Positions 1 to 14,409 of a stretch of 64,000 nt of DNA are shown piece by piece. This stretch comes from the human T2T-CHM13v2.0 reference genome, Homo sapiens: NCBI RefSeq assembly GCF_009914755.1, contig NC_060931.1. One strand, given 5' to 3'. The translations under genes were made by a program, and so were the position numbers. Every line of letters starts with the position of its first letter. Position 1 is the first letter of the stretch. A model generated the notes under the pieces. It ran no database searches. It was not told the origin of the DNA and saw only the letters and a program-made list of their open reading frames with translations.

Positions 1-1294
1 TGAACTTGAGAGAGATGATTTAGGGTATCTAGTGGAAGAAATATCCAAGCAGCAAAGTGGTCAAGATGCAGCCTGGCTACTTCTAAAAGTCTAAGCTCAT
101 CTGGAAAAACAAAGAAATGACCTGAACCTGCAACTTATACTTAAAAGGGAAATAGAGCATAAAAGTTTAGAAAATTAGCAATTTGCAGCCCAGCCATGTG
201 GTAGAAACGGCAGACCCATTTTGGGGGAAGAAATTCAAGCTGGCTGCAGAAATTTGCACAAGTAAAAAGGAGCTGAATGTTAATAGCCAAGACAACGGAC
301 AAAATGCCTCAAGGCATTTCAAAGACCTTTGCAGCAGCCCTTCTCATCAAGACCTGGAGGCCTAGGAGGAAAAATTGGTTTCATGGGTCAGGCCTAGAGC
401 CTAGCTGCTCTATACAGCCATGGGACATGGCACCCTGCATCACGGCTGCTCCAGCTCCAGCCGAAGCTAAAAGGGGTTAAGATACAGCTTAGGCCATTGG
501 TTCCAAGGGTGAAAGTCCTATGACTTGGTGGCTTCCATGTGGTGTTGGGCCTGACGCTGTGCAGAGGACAAGAGTTGATGCTTCAGAGCCTCCATCTAGA
601 TTTCAGAGGGTGTATGAGAACACCTGGATGTCTGCTGCAGCTATGGAGACATCATGGAGACCCTCTACTAGGGCAGTGCAAAGGGGAAATGTGGAGTTTG
701 AGCCCCCACATAGAGTACTCACTGGGGCACTCCCTAGTGGGGCTGTGAGAAGTGGGTTACTATCCTTCAGCTCTTAGAATGGTAGATTCACCAACAGCTT
801 GCACTGTGAGCCTGGAAAAGCTGCAGGAACTCAATACCAGCCTGTGAAAGCAGCTGTGGGGGCTGTACCCTGCAGAACCACAGGGGTAGAGCTGCCCAAG
901 GCCTTGGGGGCCCACCGCTTGAATCAGCATACCCTGGATGTGAGACATGGAGTCAAAGGAGATTAGTTTGAAGCTTTAAGATTTAATGACTGCCCTGCTG
1001 GGTTTCAGACTTGCATGGGGCCTGTAGCCCCTTCTTTTTGGACAATTTATGCCTTTTAAAATGGGAACATTTACCTAATGCATGTGCCTCATTGTATCTG
1101 GGAAGTGACTAACTTGTTTTTTATTTTACAGGATCATAGACAGAAGTGTCTTGCCTTGTCTCAGATGAGACTTTGGACTGTGGACTTTTGAGTTAATGCT
1201 GGAATAAGTTAAGACTTTTGGGACTGGTGGGAAGGAATGATTGTGTTTTGAAATATGAAAATGACACAAGATTTGGGAGGGGCCAGGGGCAGAA
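1..1294 (+). mobile_element. MaLR (MST-int-like) internal sequence, runs off the left edge
   Basis: Typical THE1/MST internal motifs (tgaacttgagagagatgatttagggtatct; gtctcagatgagactttggactgtggacttttgagttaatgct); ends in the polypurine tract gggaggggccaggggcagaa directly before an LTR. Confidence 0.9.
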
Positions 1295-1679
1295 TGATAT
1301 GGCTTGTTTCTGTGTCCCCACCTAAATCTCATGTTGAATCGTATTCACCAGTGTTGGAGATGGGATCTGGCAGGAGGTCATTGAATCATGAGACAAACTT
1401 CCCCTTTGCTGTTCTTATGGTATACTTCTCATGAGATCTAGTTATTTGAAAGTGCACAGCACCTCCCCCTTCACTCTCTCTCTGTCTCTCTCCTGCCAGG
1501 CATGTGAAGATTTACCTGCTTTCCCTTCACCTTCTGGCATAATTGCAAGTTTCCTGAGGCCTCCCCAGAAGCAGAGCCCTGTACAACCCGTGGAACTGTG
1601 AATCAATTAAACCTCTTTTCTTTATGAATTACTCAGTCCTAGGTATGTCTTTATAGCAGTGTGAGAACAGACTAATGCA
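1295..1679 (+). mobile_element. MSTA/MSTB-type 3' LTR
   Basis: tgatatgg...tgtgtccccacctaaatctcatgttgaat start; aattaaacctcttttc polyA region; ends actaatgca. Confidence 0.85.
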
Positions 1680-1797
1680 ATGGCTTACACTACAGTACAG
1701 TGAAAATTAAATAAACAAATAATTATAATAAAACTCAGGCCATAGTAGAAGTAAGTTGAACGCCTAGAGAGAGAAGGCTGTAAATATATTTGTCTAA

Positions 1798-2156
1798 TAA
1801 TATGATTTGGCTCTGCCCCCACCCAAATCTCATCTTGAATTATAGCTCCCATAATACCCACATGTTGTGGTAGGGACCCAGTGGCAGGTAATTGAATCAT
1901 GTGTGTTTTTCCTGTGCTGTTCTCGTGATAGTTAATAAATCTCATAATATCTGATGGTTTTATAAAGGGTAGTTCCCCTGCACACTCTTTTGCCTGAAAC
2001 CATGTAAAATGTGCGTTTGCTCCTCCTTTGCCTTCCGCCATGATTGTAAGGCCTCCACAGCCATATAGAACTGTGAGTCCATTAAACCTCTTTTTCTTTA
2101 TAAATTACCCTGTCTTGAGTATGTTCTTATTAGCAGCCTGAGAATGGACTAATATA
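1798..2156 (+). mobile_element. THE1 solo LTR (THE1C-like)
   Basis: THE1 consensus match (acccaaatctcatcttgaattatagctcccataat ... ggactaatata); 5-bp TSD tctaa/tctag. Confidence 0.88.
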
Positions 2157-2349
2157 TCTAGGAAGTTAGGAATTGTGCAAATAGTTAGCAGTTCCTAAGT
2201 ATAATTGTTATTGATGGAGAAAAGCCTACCATTTACATGAGGAATTTAAGGGGATTTCAGACACCTAGAGTGTTTAAGACAAAGCTCAGAGCCACAAAAT
2301 CACATGATACAGACATAGAACAACTAGGAATCTGATTCTCTGGGACCCA

Positions 2350-3090
2350 AGTGATGGGAGCATGTGGTAAGATATATAATTGAAGTGGCAGGCAGGATTC
2401 TGATAGCAGGGCCTACACACAATATGAAGAAGCTTGAACTCCTATCTGAAGGTTATAAGAACTATTGTAAAGTGTCAGCATTGTATCCATGTATCAAGAT
2501 TTTCATTTCAGGAATCTAACTCCAGCAGTGACATAGATGCAGGAAGAGATGAGAGCTGTCACTAGTGGAAGAGAGATAATTGAGGAAACTATAAATGGCC
2601 AAGTGAGAGATGGTGAATATATAAACTAAACTGCTTGCATTAGGATTGGAGAGGAGCTATTCAGGAGGTATAATTGACAAAATTTAATAATTGATTTGAT
2701 TGGGTAATATGTTGACTAAAACAGAGTCTAGCACTATTCCCAGAGATCTTCATGAAATATAGGTGGTAGAGATGTTTAGATATGTACTATCTGGTAATAT
2801 AGAAGAAAATGGATCCCTATATTACATGTCATTTAAGAGGTCAGCAGACAAAAGATGTATAAAGGAAATAATCAGGGAAGTGTATTGATAACCAGTAGGG
2901 CTGAACTTTATTTGTGAGCAGTATTTTAGTTTTAAATGGTAGATATTAAGCCTGTACAATGATATTCAAACAATGGTATATTGAATGGATAGAAGAATCT
3001 GTCATAAAATTAGAGTAATGGTTTGAAAAACCAATGTTTGTGGAGATAGCAGTCAGGGTAGTTATGGGGAGAACGGAGACTAGAAGCTGA
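2350..3090 (-). mobile_element. Degraded L2 fragments
   Basis: Purine-rich L2 antisense motifs (ggccaagtgagagatggtg, ggattggagagg); boundaries approximate. Confidence 0.55.
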
Positions 3091-4035
3091 AATTACAAAG
3101 TGATCAAGATGTTCTCTGGATAAAGATGGTTGACTAGAGGCACCCAACACCTAACTCCTACAAAAACAAATACCAAAATAAGAAATAGATAATCACAAGT
3201 TAGTAGAGTGTTTAATGGAATATACTGAAATTTAGTAAGGAAGAGATGAAGATCTTCTGAGGCACAGAAACTCGTGATGGCAGCATAGACGGAAGTGAAG
3301 TGCTACTTGGGTTTAAATTTGCACTCAAGAAGGACTCCTCACTGTGGGAAAAAGGTAAGCAGGAGATCCCCAGCAGTCCACATTTCCAACAGAGATGCCT
3401 GCAATCCTAGCTATAGGAGAGACCCGCAGCCCTCACAAGCCATGAGTCTAGTAAAGATAGTGGCTGGAGTCCATGTGATTACATTATTCTAGAGAGAACA
3501 TTTATGCTGGAGCACCCTCATTCCCTGGGACCCAGGCTGCTGCAACATGGCACCATTCTGAGAGCAGAGCAACCATCTGACCCCTGGGACCCAACAGCTC
3601 CAGGCTCCATAAATATGGCCCTGCTTACCATCTCACCACATCCACTCAGATGGCTGCAGTGTCACAGCAAAAGCTGGGCCTGGTGTTGCAGTCATGGCAC
3701 CAGCACCCAAGTCCACACAGTGCCCTACACCTTGGAAAGCAGGCAATTCATCAAAGCATACATACATGAAGACTTCATGCCAACAAATTGGAAAAACTAG
3801 AAGAAATGGATACATTCCTGTATCCTTACAACTTACCAGGAGAGAACCAAGAAGAAATAGATAACCTCAACAACCGATAATCAGTAACAAGATTAAATCA
3901 CTAGTACAAAGTCAGCCAACAAAGAAAAGTTCAGGACAGAATAGCTTCACTGATGAATTCTAATAAACTTTCAAAAAAAAGAACTAACAGCAATTCTTCT
4001 CAAACTATTCCAAAAAATTAAAGGGGAGAGAACCC

Positions 4036-4195
4036 TTTTGTTTTTTTGTTTTTGTTTGTTTGTTTTTTGTTTTGTTTTGTTTCTCTTTCGACAGAATCTT
4101 ACTCTGTCGCCCAGGCTGGAGTGCAGTGGCACAACCTTGGCTCAGCGCAACCTCAGCCTCTTGGTTTCAAGTGATTCTTGTGCCACAGCTTCCCC
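4036..4195 (-). mobile_element. 5'-truncated Alu (right arm) inside L1
   Basis: T-rich tail then ctctgtcgcccaggctggagtgcagtggc; flanking repeat ggggagagaac on both sides. Confidence 0.9.
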
Positions 4196-6173
4196 AGGGG
4201 GAGAGAACTTTTTCTCACTTATTTTCCAAGGCCAGCATTATCTTGATACCAAAACTAGACAAAGACAAACAAACAAAAGAAAACTGCAGGCCAATATTCC
4301 TGATGAACATAGGTGCAAAACTCCTGAATCAAATATTAGTAAAATAAATCCAACAGCACATCGAAAAGTCTATACATCATTAAGTGGACTTGTCACAGAG
4401 ACGCAAGGATGATTCAACATATGCAAATCGGTAAATGTGATATACCACATCAGTGGAATAAAGGACAAAAGCCATATGACCATCTCAATAGATGTGGAAA
4501 AAATGATAAAATTCAATGTTTCTTCATGATAAAAACTCTCAGTAAATTAGATATGGAAGGAATATATCTCAACACAATAAAGGCCATATATGAAAACCCC
4601 CACAGCTAACATCATACTGAATGGGGAAAATCGTTTCCTGTAAGAACTGGAACAAGACAAAGATGCCAACATTCATAATTTTATTTGACATATTATCGAA
4701 AGTCCTAACCAGAGAAATTAAGCAATAGAAAGAAATAAAGGACATACAAACTGGAAAAGAGAAAGTTGAATCATCTCTCTTTGTTTAAAACATAATTTTA
4801 TATATAGAAAAACATAAAGACTCCACTAGAACACTATTTGGGTTGATAAACAAATCAGTAAAATTGCAGGATATAACATCAACATACAAATTTCAGTAGT
4901 ATTTCTAAATCCCAATTACAAACTAGCTGAAAAAGAAATAAAGAAAGCAATTTTATTTACAAAGGCTATAAAAATAAAAAGTAAAATACCTAGGAATAAA
5001 TTTACCTCAGGAGGTAAAATACTTTTATAATGAAAACTACAAAGAAGTGATGAAAGTAATGGAAGAGAACACACCAAAATAATGGAATTTGATTCCATGT
5101 TTATAGATTGGAAGAATAAATATTGTTAACATGACCATACTACCCACCTACAGATTCAGGGCAATTCCTATCAAAATACCCATGACATTTTTTCATGAAA
5201 ATAGAAATAAAATTCTAAAATTCGTATGGAATTTCATTTGATGTTTCACAAAAGACCCCACATAGCCAAAACAAGCCTGAACAAAAAGAACAAAGCTGGA
5301 GGCATCACATTACCTGACTTCAAAAGAAAACTACAAAGCTATAATAACCAAAACCACATGGTCCTGGCTCAAAAACAGATACATAGACCAATAGACCAGA
5401 ATATAGCACCCAGAAATAAACCCATGTATTTACAGTCAACTGGTTTTTGACAAAGGCGCCAGAACATCCACTGGGGAAAGGATAGGCTTTTCAGTAAATG
5501 GCACTGGGAAAACTGTATATTTATGTGTAGAAGAATGATGCTAGACCCCTACAAATATCAGAGTAAAAGTGGATTAAATATTTTAACATAACATATGAGA
5601 CTACTGGGATAGAACATGGAAGAAGTGCTAGAGGACATTAGTCTGGGCAAATATTTTATAGGTAAGATTATAAAAACACAGGCAACAATAGAAAAATAGA
5701 CACATGGTATTGTATCCAACTAAAAAGCTTCTGCACAACAAAGGAAACGATCAAGTGAGTGAAGAGACAATCTGTAGAACGGGAGAAAATATTTGCAAAC
5801 TATTCATTTTACAAGGGATTAATATCCAGAATATAAAAGCATTCAAATCAACAGCAAATAATGATAATAATAATACTATTAAAACATGGACAAAGGATCT
5901 GATTAGACATTTTATAAAATAACTCAAACAAATGGTCAACTAGTATATGAAAAAATGTTCAACTTCACTAATCACCAGGGAAATACAAGTCAAAACTAAA
6001 AGATATCTTCTCACTCCAGTTAGAGTGGCTATTATCAAAAGGAGAAAAAATAACAGATACTGGAAGATCTGGAGAAAAGAGAACTCTTACAAACTATTGG
6101 AGGGAATGTAAATTAATACAGTTATTATAGAAAACATGCAACTGACTCAAAAAACTAAATATAAAAGTACCAG

Positions 6174-6473
6174 GGTCAGGCGTGGTGGCTCACGCCTGTA
6201 ATCCCAGCACTTTGGGAGGCTGAGATGGGCGGATCTCGAGGTCAGGAGATAGAGACCACCCTGACTAACACGGTGAAACCCCGTCTCTACTAAAAATACA
6301 AAAAATTAGCCGGGCGTGGTGGCGGGCGCCTGTAGTCCCAGCTACTCGGGAGAAGGAGGCAGGAGAATCGCTTAAACTGGAGGCGGAGGTTGCAGTGAGC
6401 TGAGATTGCGCCACTGCACTCCAGCCTGGGCGACAGAGAGAGAATCCGTCTCAAAACAAAACAAAACAAAACA
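6174..6473 (+). mobile_element. Full-length Alu (AluSc/Y-like) inside L1
   Basis: Complete dimer, (CAAAA)n tail, TSD aaaagtacca at 6163-6172 and 6474-6483. Confidence 0.95.
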
Positions 6474-7619
6474 AAAAGTACCATATGATCCAACAATCTC
6501 AATCTCATTTGGGTATTTATTCAATGGCAAGAAAATCAACACATCAGAATGATATCTATACCGCCATTTTTATTGCAGTGCTATTCACATTAGCCAAGAT
6601 ATGGAATTAGCCTAAGTGTGTATCAAAAGATGAGTGGATAATGAAAATTTACTATATAGACACAAGAAAAAGAAGGAAATGTTGTCATTTGCGGCAAAGA
6701 GGGAGCCAGAAGGATATAATTTTAAGTGAAACAAATCAGGCACAAAAAGATGAATATAGCATGTTCTCTTTCATGTGTGGGAGCTAAAAATGTTGAGCTT
6801 ATATAACCACAAAATTGTGGTTATTAAAGGCTGGGAAAGGTTGGGGACAGATGAGGATCGAGAACACCTGCTTAATGTATATAAAATTATACCGAGAAAG
6901 GAGGACTAAGTACTAGTGTGCTATAGCACTGTAGGGTGACTATAGTTAACAATAACTTATTGAATAATTTCAAATAGCTAAAAGAGATGATTTTGAATAT
7001 TCCCAATACTAAGAAATCATAAATATTTGAGGTCATGTATATGGTAATTACTCTGATTTGATCATTAAACTTTAAATGCATGTATTAAAATATTACTTTG
7101 TACCCCATAAATAAACATAATAATTATGTAGCAATTAGAAAATTAAAACAACAACAAGATGCTTTCTCACTTCTATTTTAATTCTCTTTATGTGTCAACT
7201 TCATTCTGTCAGACCAGTGTTTCACGTGAGGGAAGATATGGTGATCTGCCTCTTGGCGATTAAATATCAATTGTGGCAAATGCAAAACCTCTATCCTAAC
7301 GTTTTGACTAAAAAAATTAATAAACAGAATGCTGCTTGGCCCAGTTTGGCACAAGTGTCTATCTCTTGCTAAATTATTGAGTCTAGAAGGAAGCTTTATG
7401 CTTGGATCGGGTTAGTCAGATGCCCACACCAGTGTCAGTTGGAGGAGTAGTCTGATTCTTCATGAGAATTTCATAGTTTGTATATGGATCTTCAAGCGTA
7501 GGTGGATCATGACTAAAGGAGAATAAAAGCAGAGGAAGAGGTGTTGAAGTAACAAAAAATAGTAGCTCTTTTCCAGAAATCAAGAAAAATATTCAAGGAA
7601 AAAATGCTCAACAAAAGCA

Positions 7620-8750
7620 AAAGATACAGCTATTTCAAAAGTTCATGACAGCATCCAGGAACTCAACTTTAATATTTCTCTATTCCTCATTCTCTACAAC
7701 CAATACCTAACTAATTCAAACTCCAAACTATACCTTCAATTTATTGTCTTCCACATCAGCATCACCAATTTGCCAAATCAATATCATCTTATACCCAAAT
7801 TATACTCTTAACAATCAATTCTCCAGAGCACAAATTTTTTAATAAAAAATACATATTTGATTTTGTCCCTTCCTACTTACTCTTTGCTTGAATTGCTTAT
7901 AATTTTGCTTAGGATGTAAGTAAAAATTCTTAACATCCTTAAAGACCATTGGGCTGTATTCACCTCATAGATATACTTTATTTGATCTATGGAGTATATA
8001 CATCATTAAGCTAGAATTTTAAAATTAGAAAATTTCACATATAGTAACATATTTCTGGTTTCCCTTGATAAATCAGATGTCTGGACAACATAATGCCCAC
8101 ATTTCATGTGCAACAACCTTCTAAAATTAGTAGAAGCTGATCCTGTGCCCTGCAGTTTCCTGCAGTCTCCATCATTCATTACTATGCTTATCAAATAAAC
8201 TTGATATGATTGTTTCTTGCCTGGACACACAAGCATGTGTTTGCCACTGTTGCCATATATAACATGTAGTATGATATTATATAATATATTTATGACATGT
8301 TAATATCTTTAATGTCATAAGCCCATCTCCTTCATACTGTTTGTGCTCTAATTATACTGATCTTTAAGTAAGTCAAATGCTCCAACTGCCTGTTGGGCTT
8401 TTGAAAAACCTAATGCTTTTAAACGATTCTTCCCTATATATTGGACCTGGCCAACTCTTACTCATCCTTCAGATCTCTTCTAGAATGCCACTTCATCAGA
8501 GAAGCTTTTTTTGATCACTCTATGTGACCACCATTTAAATTCAGTCTTTCTTTTTAAAATTTCTCATGGATTCTTTAAACTTTCTTAATGCTAGTCAGAA
8601 CAATTTTCATTGTATGTTTGTATATGCGATTATTTGTTTAGTGCTTGTTGCACTTTTGGTTTCCTGTTTTATTACCACCTCTAGTGGAAGGCAAAAGACT
8701 GACTCATTTGCAGCAATCCCAGCTCCCAATATCTTTTGAATAATAAGTAT
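7620..8750 (+). mobile_element. Degraded L2 3' region, interrupted at ~8020-8095 by a MER103-like hAT fossil
   Basis: L2 motifs (actcttactcatccttcagatctc; gaatgccacttcatcagagaagc); MER103-like tttcccttgataaatcagatgtctggacaaca. Confidence 0.55.
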
Positions 8751-9156
8751 GTACCCTCTTCCATTTCAGTATTCCATCTGCAGTCATGAGTAGGGAGGCA
8801 ACATGGCCTGAAATTTGTGTAGTTTATTTACTACAATAATTTGACTATCTATGTATGGTTCTTTCTTCAATAATAATCTAAAGGACAAACTACATTATTC
8901 TTAATAATTATGCAAAGAACCAGATGATTGCTTTCTATTATATTTTACAGAAGCTAGCAGATATTAAACTGACTTATCTGGTTTGTCATTCCCTGCTTTG
9001 ATTCTCATCTGTTTTTGTCATCGTGCCTGTGTTTGTTTTGTAGTTCAAATTTGGATTTTTTTTTCACTGATTTTGAAAGCATTGCTTTCAAAATATCATT
9101 ATACTTTCAAAGTATCATTATTTATATTCAACTATATTTTCATTACTCTTCAATAG

Positions 9157-9483
<327 letters not shown>

Positions 9484-9598
9484 CACTATGAGAACATAGT
9501 ATGTTCTCAATGTGTACCTATGGAATAAAAAAACAAGTATAGATATTGTGCCTAAGTTTAAAAAAGGTATGCACAGGCAAAATTCATTATCGAGATTC

Positions 9599-9907
9599 TT
9601 TTTTTTTTTTTTTTTTTGAAACAGGGTCTTATTTTGTCACCCAGGCTGGAGTGCTATGGCACCATCTCGGCTCATTGTAGCCTCGACCTCCCAGGTTCAA
9701 GCGATCCTCCTGCTTCCTGCTTCAGTCCCCTGAGTAGCAGGGACTACATGTGCATGTCAGAGTACCTGGCTAAATTTTGTATTTTTAGTAAAGACGGGGT
9801 TTCCCCATGTTGGCCTGGCTGGTCTTGAGCTCCTGAGCTCAAGACGTATGCCCACCTCGGGCTACCCGAAGTGCTAGGATTGCAAGTGTGAACCACTGCT
9901 CCTGACC
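9599..9907 (-). mobile_element. Alu (AluJ-like)
   Basis: polyT plus antisense dimer with J-type positions (gcgatcctcc, cctgagctcaag). Confidence 0.92.
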
Positions 9908-10999
9908 CATTACTGGGAGTCTAAGAATAAAATTCACTGCTCTTTGGATGTTTTATTTGTTGTTCTCACAATGGTATTCAATACTATTTTCAAACAACTT
10001 TTTTCAAAGAAAATTATTATTTTATCCCCATGATCTTAGCTAAGGAAATTAAACAAGTTTCTAAGGAAGAATTTACAGGCAAGTAAAAGAGACTGGCAAG
10101 TGTTGGACTTTTTCAAGATGTTTTATACAGAAGAATAAGTTCCATGTAGAGTTCATGAAGGTTAGAGGAGAGGACGGACATGTTCATATTCTGAAAACTC
10201 ACAAGAAAAGAAGTTGAGGATAGAGGAAAGAGAAGAAAAGCACTTCTAAATAAACTAGGCAAGGAAGATAGAAATCACATAAATAGTTAAAATTTTTAAT
10301 GATTGAACTTTAAACGATATAGTTTGTCTTCCATGATAACTTGAATTAGATCAGTTATTTAGTTCGTTCTGATCCAGGAGATGGATAAGTGTTAAATTGA
10401 GAATATGGAAAGAAGCCCGTTTTATTTTTCAACACTGCCCAGAGGTTTGAAATAAAATTTTCTGAGCTTAGCCTTTTGTGAAGGAAGAAAACAAAGCCCG
10501 TACTCCATGTTTATATAAAAGGACACAAAGCTACTTAAGTACCTGGCGTTTGTGTAAACACTTTGTAATCTCTGGCGTACAAGTAATACACCAGAGAATG
10601 TAGTGGAATACATGTCACATACTTACCTGTAGAATTTGAGAAGTTAATACGGCATATTTTAAACTTGCTATTCAGCTCAAATATTTTGATTGCATTGTAT
10701 CTATCCTTTTGTTTATTGCTTACTGACGGAACTTAGAAAAGTTTGATAATCTAACAATTTATAAGCATGTTGTACTTGTAAATATAAGAGCTCGTATTTT
10801 ATGCAAAGATTTAGAGTGGGTCTTTCTTGCAAATATTATTTTTATATTAAGAAAATATAAAAATTTCTTAAAGAATTTATGTTAAATCTTAAGAAAATAT
10901 TTTTAACCTTCCTTCAAAAAGAATTTCTAAAATCCTTTTTTTTTGAATTTTTGTTTTTGATTCCATCTATTTTTGTTTTAAATGTAGATTAAATTATTC

Positions 11000-11330
11000 C
11001 AATGTGTCTGGTAGATGCTAGGTGATTTGTGTACATCATTTACTTAATCCTCACATCAACATTATATGAGGTATTATGCAAATGTGTCATTGTTTAGGAC
11101 CATGTAGTTAATATGTGGTGTATCTTGGAAGATTACATTGTTTTGATAATTCATGATACATGAGTGATGTATTTTTCAGTATAGTTAAATCAGAGTTAAC
11201 ATCTTCAGTATTCTTTTTACTTAGTAAATATAATTTTATTGATTGCCAACTGTGTGCCAAGCACCATGCTAAGTTGTGTTAGTTAGTGGTGAGATATACA
11301 CATATGGACATTCTGTTTATGCAATAAAAA
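11000..11330 (-). mobile_element. MIR fragment followed by L2 3' end fragment
   Basis: ttaatcctcacatcaac...atgaggtattat (MIR); tttattgattgccaactgtgtgccaagcaccatgctaag (L2 tail). Confidence 0.6.
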
Positions 11331-12208
11331 TAATTATGCTGCACATACACTACGCATGTGCCCCACGAACCAACTGCAAATCCCGTGATTGATACAGCAA
11401 CTGTCATCACACATGTAAATGTGCTCATAGGGGTGAGACAGGAAAGTTGCTAGAGACATTTTCACTTTTAGGAATGAGAGTGTGTATTACTGTCATCCAT
11501 AAATGAGTAGTACACACTCTAATTCCCACAATGAAATCCCAGGGTTGTTTACGAAAGTATATGTCTATTGCTACTTATTATAACTTTGTCCCTAAGGCAC
11601 TTTTAGTTACAAGTGATGCTCAGGAGCAGATAATGTTGGTAAAATTGTGGGCTGGTTCAAATATATATAATGTCTTACTGAGATCTCTGGAAATTGCAAA
11701 TGCCAGAGATCCAGCTGCTGGTTTTATTTCTGAGTGTATGTTTGCATCTATTAAAGACAGTGACATGTAAAAAGAAGAGGGAATAGAAAGCACAGAATAG
11801 CCATGAGCCCACCAGAAAACTTATAAGACTGTGGTTTTTATATGGGAGAGGAAAGTGTAATAGAGGAGTTAATCTAAGTTCAAGAGTCAAAAATAAATTA
11901 AATAGAATGATTTCTTATGGTGAAAAAAAACCTGACATTATGTACACTGATATCTTCAAATGGTGATCTTGACTAAAACTAATTTTTATACAGCAATATA
12001 TTTTCAGCATTTCCATTGTAGAAGTTGTAAAATAGGCTACAAATCAATGGATGTATAAAAATTAGTTGGCATCAGAAATCATGAAGAGTTTTTAGTTGAC
12101 AATGCAAATATGGTCACTTTTATTTCCTACTCATTATGAGGTACTATAGGATACGGATGGTTTTGAGATGAATCACACATGGTGTTTAACCTCAAGAATT
12201 TATTAGTC

Positions 12209-12501
<293 letters not shown>

Positions 12502-13702
12502 AAGAAAGTATTAGTGTACTTTCTAGAATATTATTCAGAATAATACATTTTAATAACGTGAAAAATATCTAGAGCAGTGATTGCCGCAATTAAAAGATGA
12601 TATATAATTTGCCACAAATTTTCAGTTTTAAAAATATTACCTGATTAGTATATTACGAAAAACTAATGAAAGATGTTTGCATGTATTTAGATGCATCTCT
12701 TCTGTTTTAACATTTTTTTCTTGTGAAAAAACATTGTTAAGAAATAGCAAAACATGCAAAATGCTTATACAATAGACAAAATATTTTCACACAAATTTTT
12801 ATAATATTTAAAATATTTCAATTATTAAATAGTTCTGAGTAATATGATTCTCAGTCATAATGTATTTTAAGAGTTGACTATAGATAGTGTGAGGCCTCCA
12901 ATAAGTAAAATTTGCAAGACACTTATTTGTTGGCAATTGTATTTTGAATGTACTAATAGTTTCTGTGATTTGACCCATTAATATATACACAAGTTAAAGG
13001 CTACTCTTCAAGCAATAAAATATCAGTCCAAAAGGGAAGAACACATGAAAAGTAGTGGTTTATAATATGGAATTTCCAGATAATAGAAACAGTTAAAGAA
13101 ATCTCTACCAATCTCAAATTTTAAAAATCTGAAGTGTGCTGCTTCCCTAAAGGAGGGTGATTGGATGATATCATTAGATTAATCCGTTCACTAAAAACTT
13201 TTGTAGGGCAGAATTATAGATTTGCTATTTGACTTCAAAAACAGCTTTGAAATATATCCTAAGAAAATTAAATGACTAAATTCCCTAGTATTCTGATATG
13301 AATATGTGAGTAATTCTGACATAAAATGAATATGCACAATATTGACTTTTTTATATAAAAGTAATAATGTTTAGGGTATGAGGAAAAACTGAGAGAAATA
13401 ATACAAAAAAAAGTTATATTTTTGTTCTTTATGTAGACCAGGGAGGAGTTGTGGTAGAGACGATGGTGGTCCTCAAATAGTTCCTCTACTCCTCCACTTT
13501 TGTCAACATATTCAGGTAAAAATGACTAGTTATGCTCAATTGACTTTAGGCACAATTGTCAAGTGTCATTTAAAGGCAGAAATATGAAGAAACACTTTAC
13601 CTACCATCCTGTTATCTATCTACCTTCCACAGTTCCTAAGAAAGTTTTGTATTGGGTATGAGATGTGAGAGAAAGAAGGTATACACCCTACCTCAATTAG
13701 AA

Positions 13703-14408
13703 CAGGGCTCTGCAACCACAGGTCTGTGCACCAGTAGGGGTTTATGGCCTGTTAGGCACTGGATTGCACAGCAGGAGGTGACGAGTGGGCCAGCAAGCAT
13801 TAAGGCCTGAGCTCTGCCTCCTGTCAGATCAGTAGCTGCACCAGATTCGCATGGGAGCAGGAACCCTATTGTAAGTTGCACGTGCAAGGCATCTAGGTTG
13901 CATGCCTCTTGTGATAATCTAAATAATGTCCGAGGTGGCACACTTTTATTCTCAAACCATCCAACTCCCCCTTCCATTCCATGGCAAAATTGTCTTAAAC
14001 AAAACTGGGCTGATAAGGTTTGGCTGTGTCCCCACTCAAATATCAACTTAAATTGTATCTCCCAGAATTCCCACATGTTGTGGGAGGGACCCAGGGGGAG
14101 GTAATTGAATCATGGGGGCCAGTCTTTCATGTGCTATTCTCATGATAGTGAATAAGTCTCACAAGATCTGATGGGTTTATCAGGGGTTTCCACTTTTACT
14201 TCTTCCTCATTTTTTTCTTGCTGCCACCATGTAGGAAGTGCCTTTCGCCTCCTGCCAAGATTCTGAAGCCTCCCGAGTTATGTGGAACTGTAAGTCCAGT
14301 TAAACCTCTTTTTGTTCCCGGTTTGGGGTATGTCTTTATTAGCAGTGTGAAAACTAACTAATATATGGTCACTGGTGCCCTTATAATTCAGTGGTTGGGG
14401 ACTGGATG
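13703..14408 (+). mobile_element. MER1B hAT-Charlie element split by a THE1A LTR
   Basis: gcctgagctctgcctcctgtcagatcag...gaaccctattgt...atctaggttgc; element resumes after the LTR (ctggtgcc...ggttggggac). Confidence 0.85.
14011..14365 (+). mobile_element. THE1A solo LTR
   Basis: THE1A-type ttatcaggggtttcc...cttcttcctcatt; TSD tgggc/tggtc. Confidence 0.9.
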
Positions 14409-14409
14409 G

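Larger units (their letters stand above)
3118..7154 (+). mobile_element. L1MA-type LINE-1: 5'UTR joined to ORF2 3' part and 3'UTR; ORF1 and endonuclease region absent
   Basis: aagatggttgactagaggcacc 5' end; ORF2 remnants (KASIILIPKLDKD...RPIFLMNIGAKLLNQIL; KKNKAGGITLPDFK); L1MA 3'UTR; candidate TSD caagatgttctct (3105-3117) / caagatgctttct (7155-7167). Confidence 0.85.

Noticed and set aside
183-2041. Cluster of 60-118 aa ORFs
   Set aside because: All lie within MST/THE1 internal or LTR sequence; overlapping chance frames
4038-6508. ORFs with RT-like and Alu-like peptides
   Set aside because: Frameshifted L1 ORF2 remnants and Alu translations, not genes
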